This document shows, in pieces, positions 1-13,464 of a DNA stretch of 64,000 nt. The notes under the pieces are model-generated. The model was not told where the DNA came from, did no database searches, and worked only from the letters and a program-made list of their open reading frames with translations. Position 1 is the first letter of the stretch. Each line of letters opens with the position of its first letter. Origin of the DNA: Eledone cirrhosa. Its lineage: Eukaryota. The translations under genes and the position numbers were made by a program. The DNA lies in the NCBI GenBank assembly GCA_964016885.1, contig OZ024743.1, positions 221,030,001 through 221,094,000 of the forward strand. Direction: 5' to 3'.

Positions 1-1229
1 ATATATATATATGCATTTTTCTTTATTTTAGGTCTTTCACGGAAGTACATTTATTTCGAATTTAAGTTATATTTTATACAGAATACAAATGTAAAGGTAA
101 TCTCTCTGTTTCCTTGAATGTATGATCAATCTATTTGATGCTATGATTAGAATAGACTGTGCACTATATGCAGATATATATGCAGATATATATATATATA
201 TGTATGCAGATATATATGTATTAATTATATATGTAACATATACATACATGCACACACACACATACACACATACACACACACATATATATATATATATATA
301 TGTACGTGTATATGTGTATGTGTGTGTAAAGTTATACTTATGTTTTTATGTAGAATAACGTATTCATTAGATAGAAAACTGCAAAGGTGTTGTAGAAATA
401 AAAGAGGTAATAATAAATGCAGGTGTGTATCTATATGATGAAGTATATGCATGCTTTCGCACCTATATAGTATACACATATAACCTCAATGTATCTGATC
501 AACAGTGTTATTTGCGTTTGAAAATGTTTTCTGAATGAATATCAAAATATACTGATTTTACAGCTCGTGTTCTCTGGTAATGCTGCCAGGTCTGGCATTG
601 TGAAAATGGTTTATAGATACCAATTATACCTGGAATCCTAATAAACGTTACTTTAGCGTGCTTTGTAAAGATCATGTAGTCAATAAAATGCTGTTGCAAG
701 CTCTTAACTGTCCCCTCTTTCTTTCGTTTTCACTTGCTCTCTCTTTCTCTTGTTATCAGTGTTGTTGTTATTGTTGTTGTCACCATCACCACCATCATCA
801 TCATAATCATCATCATCATCATCATTTACGTTCTGCCGCTTTTTGTAACATAACATAACTTGGTAGAACCATTTCATCATCACTATCAGCATACCAGTGT
901 CCACTCCATACAGCCATTATTAACCATCCATCATAAACTACCTTGTCTCTACCAATGGGGTCATTATATGTATACCAACGCTACTAATCGCTACCTTTGT
1001 AAAAATGGAAGAATCGCCAAAGCGTCGAACAAAATACTTAGTGTTACTTTTTATGGTTCTTGTTGAAATTCCGTCATGGTCAACTTTGTCTTTCGTCCTC
1101 CTGGGATCGATAAAATAAATTATCAGCCATGTACGTTTTTAATCTACCCCCTCCACCCGAAAAGAACCACATACACCAATAACTGTTACCCACATGCCTA
1201 AATTAGAAATCAGTAATACAATGTTTATA

Positions 1230-1230
1230 T

Positions 1231-1280
<50 letters not shown>

Positions 1281-1481
1281 TTACTGCTGCGACAACTACT
1301 GTTGCTGATGATGATGTTGATGTTGATGATGATGTTGATGATGATCTTGATGGTGATGATGCTATTGCTGCTGCTGTTACTGCTGGCCGCTGCTGCTGTA
1401 TGCTACCACCATCACCTTATTCACTACAACCTGCAGCAACACTATCACTACCACCACTACAACTACCACTACCACTATCAT

Positions 1482-1534
<53 letters not shown>

Positions 1535-1535
1535 T
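1230..1535. repeat. Compound trinucleotide microsatellite (CTA)n/(GAT)n/(CTG)n
   Basis: Direct reading. Confidence 0.95.
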
Positions 1536-2493
1536 TGAAATATTCTACGCTAATCAATGCCACGACACCCACATTACTTTACAACCAGCCAATCATCACA
1601 ATGACAACAACGAACCATACCTAGCAGATATTAGTGCCAAAAGTAGAAACAATTATATTGAAGTGACATTATCAGAAACAGCACTATAAACGCCACCAAT
1701 AGAATAAAAGAACTAACTGATACATGTCACCAGTAGAGAATAGTGGAGCTGGTGGTGGGTGGGTGACAGTGGTTTTGGGGATGTTACTGCAGCACTGAGA
1801 GCATCAACGGGCTCTGATTATCAACAACAACAGTCTATACTTTTATCGGAAGAAAATGTTGGAAGTAAATCTATTACGACGCTCCATTAATGGTAGTCAT
1901 ATAGAGCGCCCCTTGTTCTTTTGTTCGCTTGACATATGGAGTTGATTAATGGCCGTCTTGGTTATTTCTATTTCGAAAAACAGGTTGTTGTTAGTGCAAA
2001 TAAGGCTGTGATGTGCTGTAGACAATTGAGGGCCAAGGGGTTTTGTGCTGGGTTGGAATCGATTGGGTCGGGTATAGCTGGGTGTGATGGGTTGGTCTGG
2101 AAATGAGAAATGGAATGGAATGGAATGCATATATTGAAACCAATTATAACATGTTGTTGTCCATTAAAAAGGAGCTGGTCTTTCTTTCTTGTTGCTAACA
2201 GCCTAACATAAAATTCACGGTGCTTTTTATTATTTTGAGCTGACTATTACAAAGTCTTCTAATCTCAGAGACAAGTAGGGAAAACTAAAGTGGCTCCTTT
2301 GAAAGGGTGACAAAAAGCAGAAATAATCTTGTTCTCGCACTGTATAATTCGTATTTTGCCCAGTCGTTTTGATGTTCTTGTCGATTCGATCTGCTTTAGT
2401 AATTGCAGATAGCATGTATCAATATTTCGGAAATTTTCCTCTAAAAGATCTGTGTTGTGGTGAGATTTATTTCCATGTCAACGAGAAGTTTGT

Positions 2494-2693
2494 NNNNNNN
2501 NNNNNNNNNNNNNNNNNNNNNNNNNNNNNNNNNNNNNNNNNNNNNNNNNNNNNNNNNNNNNNNNNNNNNNNNNNNNNNNNNNNNNNNNNNNNNNNNNNNN
2601 NNNNNNNNNNNNNNNNNNNNNNNNNNNNNNNNNNNNNNNNNNNNNNNNNNNNNNNNNNNNNNNNNNNNNNNNNNNNNNNNNNNNNNNNNNNNN
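2494..2693. other. Assembly gap (200 N)
   Basis: Run of N. Confidence 1.
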
Positions 2694-2751
2694 AGAGAGA
2701 GAGAGAGGGAGAGAGAGAGAGATATATATAGAGAGAGAGGGAGATAGATGG

Positions 2752-2793
<42 letters not shown>

Positions 2794-2860
2794 GGAGAGA
2801 GAGAGATATATAGAGAGAGATAGTTAGATGGACGGGTCACGTATATTCCTGATATACACA

Positions 2861-2955
2861 TAATAATCGTTTCTACTTTTGGCACAAGGCCAGTAATTAT
2901 TCCAGTATATTACTGGTACTTTATTTTATCGACCCCGTAAGGATGAATGGCAAAA
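2861..2955 (-). mobile_element. SINE family A, 3' fragment
   Basis: Reverse complement of the 3' half of 8648-8834. Confidence 0.75.
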
Positions 2956-3048
2956 TAATACACACATACTTTATGTAGATTTTCACTCTCTCCCATCTCT
3001 CTCTACCCCCCCTCTTCCCGTCTCTCGCTAAGTATACACACACACACA

Positions 3049-3153
<105 letters not shown>

Positions 3154-4624
3154 ACATATATATATAAGAATTTATGTAAATGTAAATAGAAAACCTAATA
3201 TTTATATGAATATATGTTAAGATTCTTATATAATATACACCATATTTATTTAGTGCATGCATGTGTGCTTATGTGTGAATGATTTTATGTCTCTGTGTAC
3301 CTGTTTATTTGTGTATTGCTTATAGCAATTATATCAACAAACGAATGTCGCTTGTAAAATATACTCACAATGATTATGAATTATTTATTGTGAAGTTTCT
3401 GGTTATATTATACCCATTAATATCAACAACGTCGGCAGCAACTAGTATAATACACAGATATATGACCAAGACCATAGGACTTACAAATATATATACACCG
3501 TATAGAAAATGCTAATCCTAGGCACTGCACAGATTTTACGACGAAAACAACGAACAAGACACTGTGGGGGATGAGTTTACAGTGAGCTTACCAATATGCA
3601 TAAGAAAACATTAGTATATAATTTCTAGGAGAAGAAGAGGAATAGAGCATTGTGGGTTTCCACTATAACTTGCAATTACTTGGTCACTGAAACCGGATGT
3701 CTATGAAATTAGCGTGTAAAGTGGTGACAGGTGTACCAGTAACGTGATCCCCAGGGATATTTAACGTGACATACTGTGCAACAAAATTGGCCATTTTTAA
3801 TTAGAGGTACTATCCATCTGACGGGCTTCCATATAGTTTCCGATTACCCAAATCCTCTCGTACGACTTGTGTAGATCCAACGCTATGCTAAATGACACTT
3901 TCCCGAGCTGCCACACAGGTTTTTGCCCAAATGTACAGTCGACACTTGAATAGTCTTTTTAACACCTGGGTGACTATATTGACCACGTTAGGGACCTCTA
4001 ATCTTATAATTGCAGAAATAATTTTAACACTATCTTTGATAATACTTATTATTTTAATTCGTATACAAATATCAGAATTTTGCTAAAAGGTTTACTCCAA
4101 AGTCTAAGAAATCCCATCAACCCTTAGAGCTCGATATCGAAACTTTGGAAAATTTTGGGTTCCGTGATTGAATCAATTCACAGTATATTACTTATTTCAC
4201 TGATATTGCATGAATGAAATATGTAGTAAAACACCTTCAGGAGAGCTGGACAGCAGAAGGTCTTCAGTGAAGAAACCCCATTCAAGCAAGTGCTTCGGTC
4301 ATAGCGGAATAACTGGACGCAACCTAAACCAGATTGTATTTTTTCTAAATGCTATGATATTTACTACACCTGCTTTTGTATATATTTTCAACATAGTAAC
4401 AACGGTAGATGTTTTCTTGATATGATATTTTCTGTTAGATCGACTGCTTACTTAACTTGTACTCACTCTATTTATTGACTCTGGACAAAAGAAAGCTAAA
4501 TTTGACCCCAATTTGATTTAAAGATATCATGTAAAGTGATGTAATTAAATACCAGGAAGAATTTTATTCGACTCCCTAAATATTTAACTGTTTATTTGTC
4601 TATCTATCTATCTATCTATCTATC

Positions 4625-7600
4625 TGAGATGCACGCATCTCTCTGTCAGCCCGGAGGTGGGGGTGGAGTTGTCGTTCTGCTGCAAAAACATCTGGGTCTC
4701 GCAACACAGATGGTACATTTGGACCCGGAGGGTCGACTAGTGGTTCTGGACCTTGGCAGTGGTAAAGGCGGAGCGTTTAGGTTGGTAGCCGCCTACGGCC
4801 CTTTCGGGTCAATGCGGCCGGACTTCTTCCATCGTCTGGAGACTTTTCTAGGGACGTCCCGCTCCTTGCTATTAGTGGGGGACTGGAATGGTATCCTAGA
4901 TGCACGCTGGGACTACGTAGGGGCCTGCCCCGATAGAGAGGGGTGTAATAGCCTCAAAGGGTTAATCGGTCGATTTGACCTGGCCGATAGATATCGACTA
5001 GATTTTCCGACTGCGCCAACCTGGACTTGGGCAAATCGTAGCGGATCATCTAGGTCGTACCTAGATAGGTTCTTAGTTAGAATTAAGGATAAGGACTTTT
5101 TAAGTTGTCCAAAAATGCGCATGGTTGGCTATTCAGACCACAAATTAGTGACCTGCATGGTCAACCTTGACAGAACTCATAGACAGGGCCCCGGTTACTG
5201 GAAGCTCAACTTGTCCTTGCCGGCAAGTAGAGCCTACAGGATTCGGATTAGTACGTTAGTTAAGGAACGGTTGACTGGAGCGATCGTCAACAGCAGGTGG
5301 TGGGTATCTCTAAAGAGAGAGATTAGAGTAGTCTCGATAGAATTTAGTAAGGTTCTAGCTGCGGATAGGAATAGGAAGGAAAGGGAGCTAATAGATAGAG
5401 TAGAAGAGGCAATTAGAAGCGGCGACGTGGCCAGAGTGCTAGCGTCGAGAACGGCTTTGAGCCAGTTTTTCGACGCGAAGCACGAAGGCTGCGTTGTCCG
5501 AAGTAAAATACGTGCTCTAGGGAACGAGGGGACCAAAGCTGTTAGCTGGGCCCGCGTGACAGAGGCCAACAGTGGAACTAAATCCACCATCCGGTCTTTG
5601 CGAGACCTGGATGGACGGGCGATTCTTGAGCCTAAGCAGATGTGTGAGGCCTTTCAAAGGCACTTTGCCCGACTGTTCGGGAGGGGCGGGGAGCCGGTTA
5701 GGAACGTGGACTTCGGTCCATACCTCGACGGCCTGCCGCGCCTCTCGGACAGGGAGGCGAAGTCCTGCGAGGAGCCGATTTCGGCCGCTGAGATAGAGGA
5801 CGTGCTGAGCCAATGCGGCAAACGCAAATCCCCGGGTCTCGATGGTCTTCCTTACGAATTATATCTAGCTATGCCGGACTTGTTCCCCGATCTCCTCGAG
5901 GCGGTCTACTGCAACTGGCAACAGAACGGGAGAATTCCCTGTACTGTGACCAAGGGCGTAGTCACGCTAGTGAGGAAGGACGAGAACAAGGGGGACGAAA
6001 TAAGTAACTTCAGGCCCATAACACTGCTAAATACAGAGTTACAGATTTTGGCCAAGGTGCTAGCAAAGAGGTTGGCGCTTGTCGTGGGCAACCTGGTGGG
6101 AGATGCGCAGACATGCGCTATCCCGTCCAGGTCCATCCATGACAACCTCCACCTCATGCGATACATCATAGAGAGGGTTGGGAACGAACCCGGCTTTGGT
6201 GGGGCTCTGATCAACTTGGATCAATCTAAGGCGTTCGATAGGGTCGACCATGGTTACCTGGATTCGGTGCTAGCGGCGGCAGGCTTCGGACCCGTTTTCA
6301 GGGGCTGGATCACTGCTATGCACAGCAGCCGCATCTGCTCTAGGGTCAAGGTGAACGGCTACCTCTCGGAGCCGTTCAAAATCGCGCGGTCCATCCGACA
6401 AGGGTGCCCTCTCTCCTCCCTTCTGTATGTGTTGACTCTCGAGCCACTACTGCGGAAGTTGGAGTTGTTGCAGGGCATCCCTTTGGAACCGGGATTGCGG
6501 AAAGCGGTGTCGGCCTACGCCGATGACGTGACAGTAATGGTGTCGACGGCCTCCGAAATCGAGGCGGTCGGCACCTTACTGGAGGAGTACGAAAAGTTCA
6601 CAGGGGCTAAGCTGAACCGGGACAAGTCGATCGGTTTGCAACTCGGCACGTGGAGGGGCAGACCGATGCCCTCCGATAGCGTCGTCGGACGCTGGACGGA
6701 GGGCCCGGTGAAGTTGCTCGGGGTCTGGTTCGGACCGGACCTCCAGGTGGAGAAAAACTGGGCGGAGGTTACGAACAGGGTGTTTGCACTGACCCAGAAG
6801 TGGGCCAGTTGCAAACTATCCCTGAAAGGTCGGGCGGAGGTGGCGAACACCTACATAGCGTCCGTCATCTACTACCGCCTGACCGTAGTGCCCTGCCCAA
6901 GGGAAACCCTCACCAAGATGGAGCGAGCGCTCTTCCAATTCCTTTGGAAGAGGCGGGCTCCTATGGTGAGGAGATCCATCTGCTGTCAACACCCTTCGAA
7001 AGGAGGGCTGGGGATGCCGTGGCTAATGATGCGTAAACACGCATTAAGGCTACGGCACCTCTACGTATTCCTCACCGGACAACCGGTGTGGGCCTCGTTT
7101 GTGAGACGAACCTTTCCCAGACTCGTCTCACTCACCGAGCTGCAATCCTGGGTCAAGCAAAGACCGAGAAAACTGGGCGCCTGGCACACTGAGTGTGCCC
7201 AGGCGCTCACCGCCCTCTGGCAGGCGGATCCGGTTGTCAGTGGAGACTCCACCGCAACATTCTATAGAGGGCTGGTACGCAGCAGGTGCGACGACGCCCT
7301 CGGAGAAGCCCTAGACATGGAGGAGGACGAACTGGCCAGCCTGTTCGGTAGGACATTCAGCCCGGGACCTATGGACAACTTCCAGAAGTCCCTGGCCTGG
7401 CAGTGCTACCGAGGGGCTTTACCCGTTCGAGAAAGGCTCTACAGACACGGGCGCCCGGGTAGGGACCCCGCCAAAAAGATCTGTCCCAGATGCGTGTGCG
7501 ACGAGGAAACCGTTGCACACGCATTAGTACACTGCTCGGGCGTAGCCGATCTGTGGGGCTATGTCGAACAACTGCTGTCAAGGGTGGGACCGATCCGGTT

Positions 7601-8160
7601 GACCACCGAGTCTATTGTAATGATCAAGCCGCCTCCCCACTTCAAAGATGAAGCAGAGGCGGTGTTTCTGTGCGTAATAGCCATGGCGAAAGAGGTTGTA
7701 TGGTGGACGCGTCTGAAAGGACTGAGGTCGGGCACCTTTCTCTCTGGCCAACAACTGGTCCGTTTCTTCCGATATCATTTCGGAAGAAGGATCAGGATGG
7801 AGAGAGAGGTGCTGCACCCCAGCCGTTTCTATGAAAGATGGGTGAAAGTGGCGAGAATGGCCCGTGTGAATGGGCCTTCACTCTACATCAGACTATAGGT
7901 GAGGAAGATGAAAGACCAAGGGAGCACCCCTTCTCTGTGCTCCTGAGGAGAAGGGTTGCACACTTTTTTCGGGGGTGTGTGCGACCCCCCAAGGCGCCTC
8001 CTCTCTATTGAGGATTTTGTTAAAAATTTTATTTTTTGTTATATCTTATTTTATTTTTATATTTTGTTATTGCCTCCTCCTTATTGAGGACGCCTTTTTG
8101 TGTAAACTCCCCCCTTTGTACTTGTCCCACTTTTGATGCCCTAGTGGCAAATAAAAGAAA
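4625..8160 (+). mobile_element. 5'-truncated Tx1-like (L1 group) non-LTR retrotransposon in a (TCTA)n tract
   Basis: GC-rich 3.5-kb block between (TCTA)n at 4597-4624 and 8161-8191. Contains ORF2 plus a ~260-bp 3'UTR with hairpins, ending in AATAAAAGAAA. Confidence 0.9.
4629..7898 (+). CDS. ORF2 polyprotein: APE endonuclease (N-terminally truncated), reverse transcriptase, C-terminal CCHC zinc knuckle
   Basis: Motifs GDWN, YLDRFL, SDH, GPGYWKLN, KSPGLDGLPYE, NFRPITLLN, LDQSKAFDRVDH, IRQGCPLS, YADD, LLGVWF and CPRC..ETVAHALVHC. No internal stops. The ORF-track start at 4596 lies in the microsatellite; the first ATG is 4629. Confidence 0.9.
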   Translation: MHASLCQPGGGGGVVVLLQKHLGLATQMVHLDPEGRLVVLDLGSGKGGAFRLVAAYGPFGSMRPDFFHRLETFLGTSRSLLLVGDWNGILDARWDYVGACPDREGCNSLKGLIGRFDLADRYRLDFPTAPTWTWANRSGSSRSYLDRFLVRIKDKDFLSCPKMRMVGYSDHKLVTCMVNLDRTHRQGPGYWKLNLSLPASRAYRIRISTLVKERLTGAIVNSRWWVSLKREIRVVSIEFSKVLAADRNRKERELIDRVEEAIRSGDVARVLASRTALSQFFDAKHEGCVVRSKIRALGNEGTKAVSWARVTEANSGTKSTIRSLRDLDGRAILEPKQMCEAFQRHFARLFGRGGEPVRNVDFGPYLDGLPRLSDREAKSCEEPISAAEIEDVLSQCGKRKSPGLDGLPYELYLAMPDLFPDLLEAVYCNWQQNGRIPCTVTKGVVTLVRKDENKGDEISNFRPITLLNTELQILAKVLAKRLALVVGNLVGDAQTCAIPSRSIHDNLHLMRYIIERVGNEPGFGGALINLDQSKAFDRVDHGYLDSVLAAAGFGPVFRGWITAMHSSRICSRVKVNGYLSEPFKIARSIRQGCPLSSLLYVLTLEPLLRKLELLQGIPLEPGLRKAVSAYADDVTVMVSTASEIEAVGTLLEEYEKFTGAKLNRDKSIGLQLGTWRGRPMPSDSVVGRWTEGPVKLLGVWFGPDLQVEKNWAEVTNRVFALTQKWASCKLSLKGRAEVANTYIASVIYYRLTVVPCPRETLTKMERALFQFLWKRRAPMVRRSICCQHPSKGGLGMPWLMMRKHALRLRHLYVFLTGQPVWASFVRRTFPRLVSLTELQSWVKQRPRKLGAWHTECAQALTALWQADPVVSGDSTATFYRGLVRSRCDDALGEALDMEEDELASLFGRTFSPGPMDNFQKSLAWQCYRGALPVRERLYRHGRPGRDPAKKICPRCVCDEETVAHALVHCSGVADLWGYVEQLLSRVGPIRLTTESIVMIKPPPHFKDEAEAVFLCVIAMAKEVVWWTRLKGLRSGTFLSGQQLVRFFRYHFGRRIRMEREVLHPSRFYERWVKVARMARVNGPSLYIRL

Positions 8161-8191
8161 TATATCTATCTATCTATCTATCTATCTATCT

Positions 8192-8570
8192 AAAGTGATA
8201 CTTAAAGAATGGAATCAATTAGAAGGAGAATCAGGGTGGAGAGAGAGGCACTGCACCCCAGTAAATTTACTGAAAGGTGGGTGAATGAAGCGAAAATGGC
8301 CCGAGTGATTGGACCTTCTCTGTTTATAAGCCTGTAGGTTGAGGAAGAGAGCAAAAGGAAGAAAGGGGCACTTGCACAACACGCTCCTTGAGTTGAGGGT
8401 TGTTCTATCGACGGGGTATTAAACAACCCATTTGTGGCGCCTCCCCCCTATTGGGGATTTCGATTGTTGAAATTGTTTGTTTTTATATTTTTTACACGAC
8501 TGTATGTAAAATCCCCGGCATGTCTTTGTATTGTCCCCTTTCTTGTTGCGCCCTTGTGGCTAATAAAGAA
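8192..8570 (+). mobile_element. Second, diverged 3' fragment of a related Tx1-like element
   Basis: Encodes ..RRRIRVEREALHPSKFTERWVNEAKMARVIGPSLFISL* (stop 8335-8337) versus ..GRRIRMEREVLHPSRFYERWVKVARMARVNGPSLYIRL* in the long copy. Similar 3'UTR ending AATAAAGAA. Flanked by (TCTA)n on both sides. Confidence 0.85.
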
Positions 8571-8604
<34 letters not shown>

Positions 8605-8647
8605 ATATCTATCTATCTAACTATCTATCTATCTGTCTTTCTATCTA

Positions 8648-8834
8648 GGGCGGTGGTCTGGCAGTATCGGTAGAGCGTCAGACACCATGCTTTGCAGCAT
8701 AGAGTTATGGCCCTTTGCGTTCTGAGTTCAAATCCGCCGAGGTTAACTTTGGCTTTCATCCTTACGGGATCGATAAAATAAAGTACCAGTAATGCACTAA
8801 GGTAATCGCTGGCCTTGTGCCAAAAAGTGGAAAC
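8648..8834 (+). mobile_element. tRNA-derived SINE family A
   Basis: A-box-like TGGCAGTATCGG, B-box-like GAGTTCAAATCC, core CCGAGGTTAACTTTG..CATCC..CGATAAAATAAAGTACCAG, tail GGCCTTGTGCC..GAAAC. Many copies in the window. Confidence 0.85.
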
Positions 8835-10356
8835 TCCAATAAAGAAATATATCTATCTGTCTATCTACCCACCTGCATATTTGCCTATTCATATTTCTTT
8901 ATATTTGCTATTTAATTTATCGTTGTGCAGTTGTGTATCTAGCAGACTTCCGATCATAATCATCATCATCATCATTCTTATTATCATCATCAATTATAAT
9001 TATCATAATTATCATCATACCTAGCATCATCATCACCACCAACAGCAAGACCACCAACATCACAACCACCATGATCATCATTATCATCACCTTCTATATT
9101 GCCACTATCACTATTGATGACAACATTCCACTCATCAAGCCACTAATATATCCCCCCCGACCCCACAACACAATCTTTTACCAGGAAATTCATATGTGCC
9201 AGGTTGCGACGTTTAAGCTTCGTTCCGACAAACATATTTGCATTAGCTAGCAATGGCATCGCGAGGCGAATATTACGTAAAATTATAGTTATCAATATTT
9301 CCACCACTACTACCACCACCTTTATAATAATAGTCATCCTCATCATCATTGTTTTCGTTATCATTGCTACCATCATCTTTTCTCTGCTTTCTTTTTAAAC
9401 TTTTCCATTTCATAATGCTATGAACCTATAATCATTACTTTGGAAATAATGAATGTGAAGTGAATTTATGCTTCAATTGTTGGCAGTGGTTGATGCGTTA
9501 AGGCTGTGTGATCATTGTAAACTCTTTTGCCTTTGTTTGGGAATGTTTGAATCAGAAATGCCTATGAACAACTTCCATTTTAATCTCTGTGAAAACTCAG
9601 CAAAGAAATATAGTTATGTTTGTGCGTGCGTGTAAGTGTTTGTGTGTGTTTTTGTGTGAAAGCGATAGGAGGGCGCTGGGTGTTATTTGTGTTTATGTTG
9701 TGTGCGAGTTTGCGTATGTATGGGCGTAAGAGAGGTGGTATATTTGTGTCTGCGTGATGTGCGTAAGTATGGGTGGCTATGTGTTGTACGTAAGTATGTG
9801 ACGTGTGAGGATTCGTTCAAGGTGTTTTGTTGCATTTGTTTTGTGTTTTGTTTTGTGCCAAATTATAACTCTAAACAATTGTTTCTAATGTTTTATATTC
9901 ACAGTTATTGTCTCGCCCCTCCCTTACCGCCATCGTCACACACACACACACTTTCTCTCTCTCTCTCACACACACATACACACACACACACATACACACA
10001 CACACACATACACACACTCTCGCTCTCACACACACACACGTACAGAGACACAAATATTCTCTCACTTTATCTCACAGCGTATCTGTTTACTTTCACCCTT
10101 ATCTCCTCGTTTCGTTGAGTTTAGAGCCCTCAATCATATATATCACCCCTCTCTCTTTATATACATACATGCATATATATATAAGTGTGTGTTTGTGTGG
10201 GGGGGGGTGCGTGTGTGGGTGTGTGTGTGCGAGTATGTGTGTATGTGTGTGTGTGTGTGTGTGTGTGAAACTGAACTACCTATCAATCGATCCATCTATC
10301 AAATTTTCCCTATCCATTATCCATCTACAATGTTACACACTAATCAACAACCTCTC

Positions 10357-10420
<64 letters not shown>

Positions 10421-11054
10421 TCTCTCTCTCTCTTTCTCTCTCCCTCTCTATCTCTCTCTCTCTCTCTCTCTGTATGCCTCTTGCACTTTAAAGCCCCTTA
10501 CGTTTTTATAGATGTACATTTTTATATCCTCTTTTTTTCCTCGTGCAGCTATTAATCTTCAGGTAGTAGTGTTGCTTTCTCTCTATCACAAATCTCTCTC
10601 TATCCCCCTCTCACTCTTCCTTTCTCGCTTTCTGTTTCTTTCTTTTCTCTTCTCTCCTCTTGTCCCGCTTCGCTTTCCTTTCTTTTCTCCTGCCCTTGCA
10701 ATTACTTACATTTTGTATCAACCTCTCTCACTCCAACTTTCTCTTCTTCTCACCCTTTCTCTCATTTTCCTCGACTATCCACCTATTTCTTATATTGTAT
10801 TTCGTTGCAAGGATAGCCAATAGATGCCTTGGTGTTGTTTAGCCACGCAGTAAATAAATCGTTTCTTCTCCAGGTGATGTGCGTGGGTAAAACAATTATC
10901 TGCTATCAAAAACGACACAAGCTGAAAAGAAGCTGAAACTTGTGTGCTTGCGAAATAGTCTGCCCACCAGTACTGAGTGATCATTCAGTGAATGTTTCAA
11001 TGTTTTAAGTACTATGGTATATTACGGATATATATATGTATATATATATATATA

Positions 11055-11688
11055 AAAGTGGATGAATACTTCAACAGGTACTATGTACTTGTAGAAATAT
11101 GCAAGGTGTTTATAATATTTGTGGTTCGATGGTACTAATTTGAGATACCAGAACAATATAAAAATAGCGGAGCAAGCGGTTATCAAACAATTCTCTAAAT
11201 AAATTAAAAAACGATTTAAATAATCACCTGTTCTATTGCTGTTACCGACGGTTTCATCATTCCAAAAGATTGGAAATCCAGAGAATTTCCAATGGAAAGA
11301 AATGAATCTTCAGACAGCTTAAGGTTGCCAGCTTTACAGTAAGTAAATATTTCGCTTCCTGCCCAACGCATGCGGTCCAGCCGTTAAAATGACACACACG
11401 CAAAATCAGATCGCAGATAATAGCTGTTTATTATAAACGTGTTGATATTGCCACTAAAATTAGCAGCCTTATTCAACGTGTTGTTCTCTACATGAGGAGA
11501 AAAATTATAAAAGTGGATGAATACTTCAATAGGCACTATGAACTTGTAGAAATATGCAAGGTGTTTATAATATTTGTGGTTCGATGTTACTAATTTGAGA
11601 TACCAGATCATTATAAAAATAGAAGAGGTGATTATTTAAATCGTTTTTTAATTTATTTAGAGAATTGTTTGATAACCACTTGCACCGC

Positions 11689-11695
<7 letters not shown>
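11055..11695 (-). mobile_element. Hammerhead-bearing Penelope-like short element (~455-bp unit, partial direct repeat plus inverted end)
   Basis: 11055-11167 is repeated at 11509-11622. 11620-11695 is an inverted copy of 11160-11237. (TA)n on both sides. Confidence 0.75.
11238..11318 (-). ncRNA. Type I hammerhead ribozyme motif
   Basis: GCUGU-CUGAAGA-[long stem II]-GAAA-CC GUC GG-UA-ACAGC. Confidence 0.75.
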
Positions 11696-11777
<82 letters not shown>

Positions 11778-11784
11778 ATATATG

Positions 11785-12233
11785 CAAAAGTTCTATTTAA
11801 ATTGTTGGGATACAAGAAGCAAATATTTTTATAACTGATATAAAGCACTCTACAAGTATTTGGAGTAAATATACGATATTAACAAATGGAAACTATATTT
11901 ATAAAACCATATCTATTTTATTATACATATTTCAAGGATACCATGTTAAATTATGGTATGCTTTCATCAGACAAAATACAATATATACCAGTTTTATAAA
12001 TAAACATTGCGTATTCTTTCAAAATGCAAGCGTTACTTTTGGAAAACATCAGGATGTCTTCCAAAAGTAACGGTTGCATTTTGAAAGGGTACGTCAATGT
12101 TTATTTATAAAACTGGTATATATTGTATTTTGTCTGATGAAAGCATACCATAATTTAACATGGTATCCTTGAAATATGTATAATAAAATAGATATGGTTT
12201 TATAAATATAGTTTCCATTTGTTAATATCGTAT
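11785..12233. mobile_element. Palindromic hammerhead-bearing element, family B
   Basis: ~180-bp inverted arms 11870-12050 and 12055-12233 plus a left extension. Relative at 41770-42248. Confidence 0.8.
12128..12188 (+). ncRNA. Type I hammerhead motif (mirror copy 11916-11976, minus)
   Basis: UUUUGU-CUGAUGA-AAGcAUACCAU..AUGGUAUcCUU-GAAA-UAUGUA-UA-AUAAAA. Confidence 0.75.
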
Positions 12234-12236
12234 ATG

Positions 12237-12355
<119 letters not shown>

Positions 12356-12397
12356 ATACATATATATATACATATCTTTATATATGTATCTACATAT

Positions 12398-12432
<35 letters not shown>

Positions 12433-12579
12433 CATATATATATATGTATATATATATAATTATGTAACAAAGAGGGAGTGGTAAGATACCAAGTGGACCA
12501 TAACGCTCCAGAGTAATCAATACATTAAGGTGGTAGAGTCGGTAATAGGAAAAGAGTCAGGACCCCGACGGCTGAACTG

Positions 12580-12665
<86 letters not shown>

Positions 12666-12941
12666 TATGAAACCATTAAGTATAATAGAGGTGTACATGA
12701 AAGCATATACTAAATGTTATTATACAAGATAATTACCAGAGCTTCGATATCAGTAGAGATAGTTTTGTAAATTAAATATTATTTCTCTCTCTTTTACTCT
12801 ATGAACATGTCACAGATATCTCAGTATCCGTTGAGAATACTATACAGCTGTTTAAATATTCGCAAAAGTATTATCAGTGATATGAACATAGCTGCGATCT
12901 CTCTGTTGTCCTACCATCGTACGACCAATTGGTTACGTTCC

Positions 12942-13464
12942 ATTGTCACCGGTGATGAAAAATGATGTCTCGACATTAATGTCACGCGAAAGCGATCGTG
13001 GGTTGATAATGAAAGTGCCCCACAACGGCAAGCAAAGGCTGTCCTTTACTCTCCTAAGGCCCTTATGAGCCTCTTGTGGGAGTGAAAAAGGTGTCATCCA
13101 CTACGAGCTGCTCCCTGCGAGCCCCAGCATAACCTCTCTCGCCTATTGCCAAAACTTATCAGATTATTATAAGAAATCGCACAAGTGTGGCCACAACATG
13201 GTCATGTTCGATTTGTTTATGATAACGTTCCGCCTCCTATATCAAGGTTGCTGGTGCTAGCTCAGGAGGCTCTGCTCCACTTGCAGTATTCAGCGCATGA
13301 AGCCAGAACTATTCTATAGGGATGGAATCTTGAGCATTCCCAAACAATAGTAGACGGCAATCGCCAATTATGGCGATTAATTTGGCTTGTAAAATTTAAC
13401 TAATTAAAAAACTTCGATGTCAATAAAAATTTGAAAATTGGCGAAAACATTGTTTCCAAACCTA
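12942..13464 (+). pseudogene. Decayed mariner (Tc1/mariner) transposase remnant with probable right TIR
   Basis: IVTGDEK*CLDINVTRKRSW, KGVIHYELLP..ITSLAYCQNL and a degenerate DN.PP (HDNARPH) motif. Ends ..GTTTCCAAACC-TA. Confidence 0.8.

Noticed and set aside
4913-7817. Antisense and alternative-frame ORFs within the LINE
   Set aside because: Expected shadows of a GC-rich coding region.
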